From a virus (taxonomy: Duplodnaviria; Caudoviricetes): a DNA stretch of 32,953 bases. The notes beneath the pieces are model-generated. The model ran no database searches and was not told the origin of the DNA. It saw nothing but the letters and a program-made list of their open reading frames with translations. The position numbers and the translations under genes were made by a program. How positions within the stretch are numbered: position 1 is the stretch's first letter; each line of letters starts with the position of its first letter. The stretch is taken from the IMG/VR virus record IMGVR_UViG_3300037506_000036, positions 1-32,953 of that record. One strand, written 5' to 3'. Below are positions 26,334 to 32,953 of the stretch, one piece after another.

Positions 26334-27003
26334 CGGCTATCTCCATCTCCACGAGCGTGAGGAAGTAGTCGATGAGGTGATCCGCCTCCGCCCTCGCCTC
26401 CTTCACCCCCTTACACGCCGCCGACTGCCACACCGCCCACACTGCCCCCGCCACACACACAAGTTCCGTCGCCCGCCACGCCGCCTCCGCCGCCCGCTCC
26501 GCCTCTCGCGCTCCCCACCCCACCGCTTCCGCAGCCGCCTTCTCCGCCGCCTTCGCCGCCAATCGTTGTGCTTTTGTCGGCTCACGCCCGGCCCGGAGTG
26601 TGGCCTGAATATCTTCCGAGGCTTTCACCACGGCGGGCCAATACGGCGCATCGGCAGGCACGATCCTCGCGGCCCCGGCGAGGATCGATCTTATGAGCTC
26701 CGCCCGGAACGACCGGTATACCTTTGCCCATTTTTTATAAGTCAGGGCGGACCATTTCGCCCGGGCCAGCCCATAGCGCCTTGCAAACCCGAGCCACGTT
26801 GCCGGGGTTCCCGCGTCGTTAATCCATGGCGTCAGGTCGGCGACCCACTGCGGCATCAGGTGCGGCGGACAGTTCGCGGTGCTGGTCGCGCCGGGCACAA
26901 GCGCGGTATAGAGGCAGGCCCCCTCCCGGCCGTCCGCGGTGTGCCCGGACCATGCTCCGCGGATCAGGGTTCCCGCGTCGATCCGTTCCAGAATGGCGTT
27001 CAT
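26326..27003 (-). CDS. Hypothetical protein with Ala-rich C-terminal repeats
   Basis: Probable ATG at 27003 (track start GTG 27012); CP..LMP.W.A.LTP...D motif; overlaps the MTase start. Confidence 0.7.
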   Translation of the reverse strand: MNAILERIDAGTLIRGAWSGHTADGREGACLYTALVPGATSTANCPPHLMPQWVADLTPWINDAGTPATWLGFARRYGLARAKWSALTYKKWAKVYRSFRAELIRSILAGAARIVPADAPYWPAVVKASEDIQATLRAGREPTKAQRLAAKAAEKAAAEAVGWGAREAERAAEAAWRATELVCVAGAVWAVWQSAACKGVKEARAEADHLIDYFLTLVEMEIAGG

Positions 27004-27027
27004 GTCGCCCACCCTTTTGATGTGATG

Positions 27028-27450
27028 TCACTGTCCGGCACCGGCGAGGTCGGCCCGTCCGATGGCTCGCAGCGCCTCGGCGCGGGACTGGCCGCCCTTT
27101 CTGCGCAGGATGTCGTAGTCGGCACGCTCGGCCTCTGTCAGGGCCGCCAGCGGCGAGCGGCCGCGCTTTGCCGCGCTCATTTTCGCCTTCGTCTCGTCGG
27201 TGTGCTTCCTGCCGCGCAGCGCCGCGCTTATCCTAGCCTTCGTCTCGTCGCTCAGCTTCCTGCCGCGCCCCGCCGCGCCTATCTTCGCCTTCGTCTCGTC
27301 GGTGTGGCCCCGCCATGCCCGGAACGTCAGGCCCCGCCGTTGTGCCGCGCGAAATGCGGTTGAGGCGCTGACACACCGGGCCCGTGCCGCCTCGGACAGC
27401 GTCATGCCCGCCGCCTCGCATTCCTCCCATGTGGGACGGTAGTCAGGCAT
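27028..27450 (-). CDS. HTH protein carrying three NUMOD3 DNA-binding repeats
   Basis: GMTLSEAARA..VS.STA HTH; (K/G)(H/L)(T/S)DETKA(K/R)(I/M).AA.RGR x3. Confidence 0.8.
   Translation of the reverse strand: MPDYRPTWEECEAAGMTLSEAARARCVSASTAFRAAQRRGLTFRAWRGHTDETKAKIGAAGRGRKLSDETKARISAALRGRKHTDETKAKMSAAKRGRSPLAALTEAERADYDILRRKGGQSRAEALRAIGRADLAGAGQ
27160..27312 (-). repeat. Three 51-bp NUMOD3-coding tandem repeats
   Basis: GCCTTCGTCTCGTC at 27185, 27236 and 27287. Confidence 0.85.
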
Positions 27451-27476
27451 CGGCGCCGATCCGGATCGTGCGGCAG

Positions 27477-28163
27477 CTACGCATGTTTCATCTCTTCGTT
27501 GTGAGCGACGTTGAGCTCCTGCGGCAGATAAGTGTCGGCCCGGTGTTTCCGCAGTTCAAAGCGGTGCAATGAGTCCGGCCCTTCTGCTTCTGCCATGGCG
27601 CGCAGTTTGTCTGCTCGCGCCTCATAGATCGCGCGGACCTCTTGAGGCGTGGCTTGCCGCCCCTTGGTCCACCACGAAACGCGGTGCGGCGCACCGAAGC
27701 GGTAGAGGCCGTCGCGTCCGCGAACATAGTCTTGCCGCCGGACCACCCAGACGACACAGCCCCCCGGATTGTCGGGAACCATCAGGCCCGGGGGGAGCGC
27801 CGTTTCCTGGGCATCGACATGCGGGCGCTTTGCCAGCGGTCGAGACAGGAAGGGGCATACTTGCGCCGCCCATTCTCCGAGGTCGGGAATGCAGGGCGGT
27901 TGGGCAGCCACCCGGTTGATGATGCCCATCGGGCCGACGACGAAGGCCACGAATTTTCCCAGAGGCTCGCCGCTCAGCGTGCAGAGACCTGCACGGTAAG
28001 CGTGGTCAAGCCGAGCTGGGTCCAAGTGGACGAAATCCCAACGTCCGTCCGCTGTCTTGAGAGAAACGAACCAAGGCACGGGAAATCCGCGATGGTCGAT
28101 GGGGCGCCGCCTCATGCGATCCGGCACGAAGATGTCGCGGGCCACTACGTTCTGTGCAGTCAT
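27477..28163 (-). CDS. Conserved phage hypothetical protein (RGFPVPWFV...CPFL)
   Basis: 228 aa; GGGAG SD. Confidence 0.75.
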   Translation of the reverse strand: MTAQNVVARDIFVPDRMRRRPIDHRGFPVPWFVSLKTADGRWDFVHLDPARLDHAYRAGLCTLSGEPLGKFVAFVVGPMGIINRVAAQPPCIPDLGEWAAQVCPFLSRPLAKRPHVDAQETALPPGLMVPDNPGGCVVWVVRRQDYVRGRDGLYRFGAPHRVSWWTKGRQATPQEVRAIYEARADKLRAMAEAEGPDSLHRFELRKHRADTYLPQELNVAHNEEMKHA

Positions 28164-28206
28164 CTCATGCTCCCGTCAGGGCATCGGGTTGGCTTGGGAA
28201 TCTGGT

Positions 28207-28620
28207 TCATTCGGCCAGCCCTGCGTCGGCGATGTCATCCAGTGCGTCGGCGATGTCATCCAGAGCCCATGCGATGTTGAAAGGCCGACCACCGTTTTCC
28301 CATGTGTTGTTGGCGTTCGGCGGCATCGCCAAGAGCCGGTCCAGAGCCGTTTCCCCGTCGCCCCGGTCCATTGCGACCAAAAGCTGTAATCGCCGGTTCA
28401 CTCGGGTGGCATGGAGGAAGAACGCCTGTAAGTTCGCCAGCGTTGCAGCGTTGTCCGGCCCGCGAGCGTTAAGGAACGCACCGATCAATGCCGCGCGCAC
28501 CGGATCAAGGCCGGCGCCAAACTCCGTTTCCGGCTTCTGGAGAAGGGCGACCACGCCATCCGTCCCGATCTTGTCGTGCTTGTCGATGCTGCGAAGGATT
28601 TGCATGGCACGAGTGTTCAT
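28207..28620 (-). CDS. Hypothetical protein with N-terminal HisRS-insertion-domain-like segment
   Basis: ILRSIDKHDKIG.DGV..LL......GAGL......I..F; ATGA overlaps at both ends. Confidence 0.7.
   Translation of the reverse strand: MNTRAMQILRSIDKHDKIGTDGVVALLQKPETEFGAGLDPVRAALIGAFLNARGPDNAATLANLQAFFLHATRVNRRLQLLVAMDRGDGETALDRLLAMPPNANNTWENGGRPFNIAWALDDIADALDDIADAGLAE
28222..28263. repeat. Perfect 21-bp tandem duplication (LDDIADA x2)
   Basis: TGCGTCGGCGATGTCATCCAG occurs twice in tandem. Confidence 0.95.
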
Positions 28621-28955
28621 TCGGCCAGCACCTCAGCGGTCGGCGTCAGGCTCTCGATGTCCAGCTGTTGGATGGTGCGCCCGGCCCAGATGCGGTTCTT
28701 GGTCGTGACTTCGCGGGCAACGATTTTGCCGTGGTGGGCCACCACAGCCACAACCCGCTTTTGACCGCGACACCTCGATTGGAACGTGCAAATCGTCACG
28801 CCCGGGATGATGCCCCGCGCATGGAGTCGCTGCGCGTTCCATACCCCAAGGGTGTGGTAATGTGCCATCTGCGCATCATTTGCGGCCCGATTTGCCAAGT
28901 CCCATGCGGCCTGCGCCGCCCTCACGTCGTCTTCCGTCACGATCGCTTCGGTCAT
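28617..28955 (-). CDS. Hypothetical protein (112 aa)
   Basis: AGGAG SD; first gene downstream of attP. Confidence 0.7.
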   Translation of the reverse strand: MTEAIVTEDDVRAAQAAWDLANRAANDAQMAHYHTLGVWNAQRLHARGIIPGVTICTFQSRCRGQKRVVAVVAHHGKIVAREVTTKNRIWAGRTIQQLDIESLTPTAEVLAE

Positions 28956-29051
28956 CTCATGTCTCCTGTTGAAAGCCCCCGCCCGCGTCTGGCACGGGCG
29001 GAGTGGGAAGGGTCGCGCCCCAAGTCAGATTGAAAGACCGAGAGTCTGCCG

Positions 29052-29099
29052 AGATTGTGGATCTGGGGGTCCCCCGTTCGAGCCGGGGAGGCGGTACCA
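29052..29099 (+). other. attP core: 3' half of tRNA-His(GTG)
   Basis: AGA-TTGTGGA-TCT anticodon arm, CCCCG-TTCGAGC-CGGGG T-arm, AGGCGGT-A-CCA end; no D-arm or 5' acceptor strand; about 70 bp from the integrase stop. Confidence 0.9.
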
Positions 29100-29166
29100 C
29101 ATTATCCCGCGCTTTCAGCATCTTGGTCATTTCGGCCCTTCGGGACTTGGGACGTGTTGGGAAGGT

Positions 29167-30375
29167 CTACTTGGGGAGTGTTCCGGTTCTGAGCCGGATG
29201 ACCTCGTTCACTGACGCCGAGCGCTCGCGGATGTAGCGTTCGGTGGTGGCGCCCGAAGCGTGGTTCGCCTGGAACTGCATCGCCAGTTTGGAGGCCCCGA
29301 GACGCTTGGCGTCGGTTATTGCGCCGGCCCGGGTGTCCATCATCCAGATATGGTCGGGCACACCGGCGGCGGCGCGGAAAGTGCGGAACATCTCGCTCCA
29401 CCGTTCCTTGCGATAGGGCAGGCCGGACGCATCAACAATGACGGGACCGACGCGATGCGGCATGGCCATGAGCCGGGCGCGCAGGTCGGGCAGCGGGCGC
29501 AGGTCGAAGGTCAGTGCGTCCGGCAGGTCGTCTTCGGTCTTGGACGGCACCTTGCGCAGCGTGGTCAGGTCGCGGTCGAGCATGTCCCAGGTCAGCCCGT
29601 CAGCCCAGCGGAAGGCGCCTCTGGTGATGCCGGAGGCAACTTCACCCTTCTCCATCCTGAGCCACTGGCCGCGCACATCCACGGCGCGCAGGGCCAGCCA
29701 CCACTGGATCGAGAGGCCGAGGGCGAACGCCGCCGCCCCGGCCTCGTCGGCCTTCGCGATGATGGCAGTGATCTGGGCGGCCGTGGGCGCGGCGGAGCGC
29801 GGGGCCGGGCCCCTGACGCGCAGCTCGCTCAGGATCGCCTTGACCTCTGCCGCACCCGGAACACCGAGGGCCACGCCGTAGGAGGTGACGATCCGCAGGT
29901 GCGTCACCATGCGCTTGATGTAGGCGACGGACCGGCCGTTGTCCTTCATGGCCTTGAGCCATGTGCGGACACGGAGATAGTCGGTCGCGCCGACGGCGGT
30001 GTTGCCGACGCCGGACTCCCACCGTTCCAGAACCTCTCGGTAGCTGTCGCGCGTGTTCGCCTTCACGTCCCGGAACGGCGAAAACTCGTCGGTCAGGTAG
30101 CGCCGGATGACCCAGCCCCAGGTGAAGCGGGCGAAGCTGATGTCCGGCCCCGCGGTCAGAAAGCGCACCACCTCGCGGGCATAGTCCCGGCAGCGGCGGG
30201 CGCGCTCGCGGTCCTGGCCGTCGCCGACCTTGCCGGGCAGTTTCACGCGCGTCATGGCGAACCCGGCCTTCACCGCACCCGGCGGAGCGCGCCAGTAGAG
30301 GTAGCCGTTCGATGGGCTCAGGCCCGGGGCATAGTCGAGGTCGCGGTCGAGGGCGTCGAGATCATAGCGCGGCAT
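29167..30375 (-). CDS. int: Tyrosine recombinase (phage integrase)
   Basis: GGAGG SD before ATG 30375; R (ALRAVDV), K (PSKT), MDTR, H...Y (ANHASGATTERY); adjacent to attP. Confidence 0.88.
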   Translation of the reverse strand: MPRYDLDALDRDLDYAPGLSPSNGYLYWRAPPGAVKAGFAMTRVKLPGKVGDGQDRERARRCRDYAREVVRFLTAGPDISFARFTWGWVIRRYLTDEFSPFRDVKANTRDSYREVLERWESGVGNTAVGATDYLRVRTWLKAMKDNGRSVAYIKRMVTHLRIVTSYGVALGVPGAAEVKAILSELRVRGPAPRSAAPTAAQITAIIAKADEAGAAAFALGLSIQWWLALRAVDVRGQWLRMEKGEVASGITRGAFRWADGLTWDMLDRDLTTLRKVPSKTEDDLPDALTFDLRPLPDLRARLMAMPHRVGPVIVDASGLPYRKERWSEMFRTFRAAAGVPDHIWMMDTRAGAITDAKRLGASKLAMQFQANHASGATTERYIRERSASVNEVIRLRTGTLPK

Positions 30376-30625
30376 GGTTTTCCTCCGGTTGGGCCGCGGG
30401 ACTCGCGGCTTTCGGACCATCGGAGTGTCGGCGGCGGCGATCAATCCAGACTTGCACGTCCGCCTTGTTGGTCCGGCCCAGAAGTGCGTCGCGGCGCGGA
30501 AAGCCGTCAGCCTCCAGCCTAGCCCTGTTCCTGCTGAGCCAGTCGCGCGAGACGCCGAGGACGTGGCAGCACCAGAGTTCGGAGCCGAACGCGCAAGTCG
30601 GGTCGAAGGTGAAGTCCTCCTTCAT
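30362..30625 (-). CDS. xis: Excisionase / HTH recombination directionality factor
   Basis: LGVSRDWL.......GFP.......DVQVWID; overlaps the int start. Confidence 0.75.
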   Translation of the reverse strand: MKEDFTFDPTCAFGSELWCCHVLGVSRDWLSRNRARLEADGFPRRDALLGRTNKADVQVWIDRRRRHSDGPKAASPAAQPEENHAAL

Positions 30626-30644
30626 CGGTCAGCACCAGATCGGG

Positions 30645-30965
30645 TCATTGCAGCTTTTCTCCCAGGGCCGCGGCCTCGTCGTCGGACAGGCCATATACCG
30701 CTTGGACCTGTTTCCGAAGGATCGCTGCCCGCTCAGCCTCGGACAGGCTGTTGAACGCATTCATCTGCTGCTCAGCAAGATCGGCGGCCGCCCGCAGCGT
30801 CTTGATGACAGCGCGCGGAGTGACGCCGCTCCGCCCTGCCGGCGCCCTCAAGCGAAAGATCATCGCGGCTTGGTAGGTCGCGGTAATGACCTCAGACTCG
30901 CTGAACGTCTTGCCGTCGGTCAGAGCCATGAGTCCTTCAAGAATCTCTTCCATCACTGCGGTCAT
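30645..30965 (-). CDS. Hypothetical protein (106 aa)
   Basis: GGAGGTG SD; ATGA overlap with the upstream nuclease gene. Confidence 0.7.
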   Translation of the reverse strand: MTAVMEEILEGLMALTDGKTFSESEVITATYQAAMIFRLRAPAGRSGVTPRAVIKTLRAAADLAEQQMNAFNSLSEAERAAILRKQVQAVYGLSDDEAAALGEKLQ

Positions 30966-31357
30966 AGGATCACCTCCAGGTCCTCGTGGTTCAGGTCGCC
31001 GGACATGGCGAACAGCACGATCCGGCTGATCGTCTCGTGGTGGCCGCGCATCAGCCGCTCCATGAACGCGGTCGGCGCGTGGTCCATGATGTAGGCCGCG
31101 CCCGCCTTGTCCCGGCCGTCCACGATGTCGTGGCAGTGCAGGCACCCCGCGGCGCAGAACAGGTCGCTGACCTTCGTCGCCATGCCCTTGCCGATGGTCG
31201 GAAGGTGGCACGGAACCACCGTGTCCTGACCGGCGCAGGAGCGGCCGGGCACCAGCGAGGTGACGCGCAGGCAGCAGGGCATGTGCCGGAACAGCGCCAG
31301 CATCGACGGCCAGCGGACCTTCGGGAGTAGCGCGGGGTTCTGGACGTGGAGGCTCAT
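30962..31357 (-). CDS. DUF1364/YbcO-like His-Me finger nuclease
   Basis: PCCLR...C....TVV.CHL...GKGM.TK.SD...AAGC..CHD..DGR motif. Confidence 0.8.
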   Translation of the reverse strand: MSLHVQNPALLPKVRWPSMLALFRHMPCCLRVTSLVPGRSCAGQDTVVPCHLPTIGKGMATKVSDLFCAAGCLHCHDIVDGRDKAGAAYIMDHAPTAFMERLMRGHHETISRIVLFAMSGDLNHEDLEVIL

Positions 31358-31418
31358 CGTTTAAATCCCAAACGCTCGGCCGCCCACGCGGCGGCCTTGG
31401 CGGGTCTGCGGACGGTCA

Positions 31419-31778
31419 TCAGTCGCGGCTCGCGCGCACGACGTCATCCATGCCCACTTCCCGACTGATCCGCGCCTCATAGAGGCCGGGCGGCAGGTCG
31501 AGGTTCCTGTGTCCATGCGGGTTCAGGTTGACAACCTGGGCCCTGGGGTTCGTCACCAGCAGCCGCAGGACCGTCATGCCCGCGCTGTCCTTGACTGCGT
31601 GGACTTCGGCCGCCTCGCGGTCGAGGACGTGATGATGGCCGGACTCGCTGTGGGCCAGCACGTAGCGTCCTTCGGTCGCGGCAAACGGCTGCATCTCGGC
31701 GCCGTCGAAGTGATCCGGCGTGACGGCGAAAAACTCGATCTCACCTTGGGCGAGCGGGGGGGTAGGAAGGTAGGCCAT
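31419..31778 (-). CDS. Hypothetical protein, partner of the DUF6745-like gene
   Basis: AQGEI, LAHSESGHHH, H..LDLPPG.Y....RE motifs; AAAGGA SD before ATG 31778. Confidence 0.75.
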   Translation of the reverse strand: MAYLPTPPLAQGEIEFFAVTPDHFDGAEMQPFAATEGRYVLAHSESGHHHVLDREAAEVHAVKDSAGMTVLRLLVTNPRAQVVNLNPHGHRNLDLPPGLYEARISREVGMDDVVRASRD

Positions 31779-31789
31779 GATGCGTCCTT

Positions 31790-32953
31790 TCAGGTGCGCG
31801 TGGAGGGGAGTTTGTAGATGTCTTCCGGGAGTCCGGCCTTCCATGCCTGCGCGGCATGGGCCGTCTCGATGTCGTCTGGCACTCGGAAGGCTATGATGCC
31901 GTTGCGCGGACACTCGGCGCGCAGGAACTTCATCGTCCCTCGCGCGTCCGGGCTGATCTTCGACTTCTGGATCGCCAGCAACTCGCCGCCCAGCGGTCCC
32001 TCGGGGTGCCGGTTGATAACCTTGCCGCCCAACTGGTCAACGATGTGCGGCCAGCCGAGGATTTCGATGGCGGCGATGCGGAGCGCGGTGTTGCTCTGCG
32101 ACAGAGCGATCTGAGGCGTCAGGCTTTCGCGCTTCTCGATCCAGTCGGCGGGGATCGAAGTGCCGCGCCACGAATGGACCGCGAAGCCGTCGCGATATTC
32201 GACCGCCGGGCCGGTCTCGCAATGCAGGCGGCGCTGGTCATCGAAGCGAACTACGCAGGGCCGGTCGGTGATAATTGCGCACCGCTCGAATGGCCAAATC
32301 CAACCGCAGGAGCGCGCGGCGGCAATCAGACCGCTCGCCTTCTCGGCAAGCCCGTAGTGGTCGCGGAAGAAGCTGTAGAGGGCCGCCGACCCGGCTTCGT
32401 GTTGGCCATAGACGGCGCGGAAGACCTGATCCCCGGCCTGTGCCCGGACCTGTGCCGCGACTTGTGCCCGGACCTGGCCCCGGACCTGTGCCCGGACTTG
32501 TGCCGCGACTTGTGCCGCGACTTGTGCCGCGACTTGTTCCACGGCCTGTACCCAGACCTGCTCCCTAGCCTGGCCCCGGACCTGTGCCGCGACCTGTCCC
32601 GCGACTTGTGACCAAACCCGTGCCCCGACCCGGCCCCAGACCTGCTGCCCGGCCTGATCCCCGACCCGGTCCCAAACCTGTGTCGCGACCTGTACCGCGA
32701 CCTGGTCCACGACCTGGTCCCAGACCTGCTGCCCGACCTGTGCCGCGGCCTTTGGCCAGACCAATGCCCCGACCTGTGCCCCGACCTGCTCCCCGGCCTG
32801 TACCGCCATTATGGTTCCGGCCAAGAACGCCGCCCCGATGGCTCCTTGGTGCGGGCTGTCCAGAAAGACGAATATCTTCGGCGGCGCGAGACCGGCGCAG
32901 CGATACATCTCCGCGACGGCTTCGCGCGCCGCGTCACGATTGATGGGCGCCGT
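31790..32953 (-). CDS. DUF6745-like protein with QVxx tetrapeptide repeats (5'-truncated)
   Basis: Frame open to the window end; DSP, YGQHEA, CGWIWPF, RLHCETGPA..Y.DGF..HSW.G motifs. Confidence 0.82.
   Translation of the reverse strand, partial: TAPINRDAAREAVAEMYRCAGLAPPKIFVFLDSPHQGAIGAAFLAGTIMAVQAGEQVGAQVGALVWPKAAAQVGQQVWDQVVDQVAVQVATQVWDRVGDQAGQQVWGRVGARVWSQVAGQVAAQVRGQAREQVWVQAVEQVAAQVAAQVAAQVRAQVRGQVRAQVAAQVRAQAGDQVFRAVYGQHEAGSAALYSFFRDHYGLAEKASGLIAAARSCGWIWPFERCAIITDRPCVVRFDDQRRLHCETGPAVEYRDGFAVHSWRGTSIPADWIEKRESLTPQIALSQSNTALRIAAIEILGWPHIVDQLGGKVINRHPEGPLGGELLAIQKSKISPDARGTMKFLRAECPRNGIIAFRVPDDIETAHAAQAWKAGLPEDIYKLPSTRT
32425..32800 (-). repeat. 12-bp periodic coding repeat array
   Basis: Units such as ACTTGTGCCGCG / ACCTGTGCCCGG encoding QVAA/QVRA/QVWD, roughly 30 units. 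Confidence 0.9.

Noticed and set aside
29020-29099. Complete tRNA-His gene
   Set aside because: The 5' acceptor strand and D-arm are missing; only the 3' half is present, consistent with attP.
29260-30522. 420-aa plus-strand ORF
   Set aside because: Antisense shadow of the integrase.
32425-32800. CRISPR array
   Set aside because: It is a degenerate 12-bp in-frame coding repeat with no unique spacers and no cas genes.

Overview
A ~33 kb, high-GC segment of a temperate podovirus of the BPP-1/T7-like short-tailed architecture, most likely infecting an Alphaproteobacterium (Rhodobacterales/Rhizobiales-type). The + strand (1-24039) carries the late operon: terminase large subunit C-terminus, portal, scaffold, major capsid, cement protein, tail tubular A and B, four internal virion (ejection) proteins, a tail fibre, a large modular fibre/spike and a lysis cassette interrupted by an HslV-like peptidase. 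The - strand (24079-32953) carries an early/accessory operon with a C5 cytosine methyltransferase, several hypothetical genes, an intact attP (3' half of tRNA-His), a tyrosine integrase, an excisionase, a DUF1364-like nuclease and a DUF6745-like repeat protein. The main unexplained signals are: (1) a two-polypeptide methyltransferase whose motif IX and four tandem TRD-like modules lie in a fully nested +1-frame gene; (2) a small protein resembling the insertion domain of alphaproteobacterial histidyl-tRNA synthetase, close to the tRNA-His attP; (3) a 57-aa overprinted ORF inside an ejection protein gene; (4) a five-copy late promoter-like motif, two copies of which predict leaderless mRNAs; (5) several mini-ORFs that bridge genes through start/stop overlaps. 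All family assignments come from motif recognition and synteny, not from database searches.
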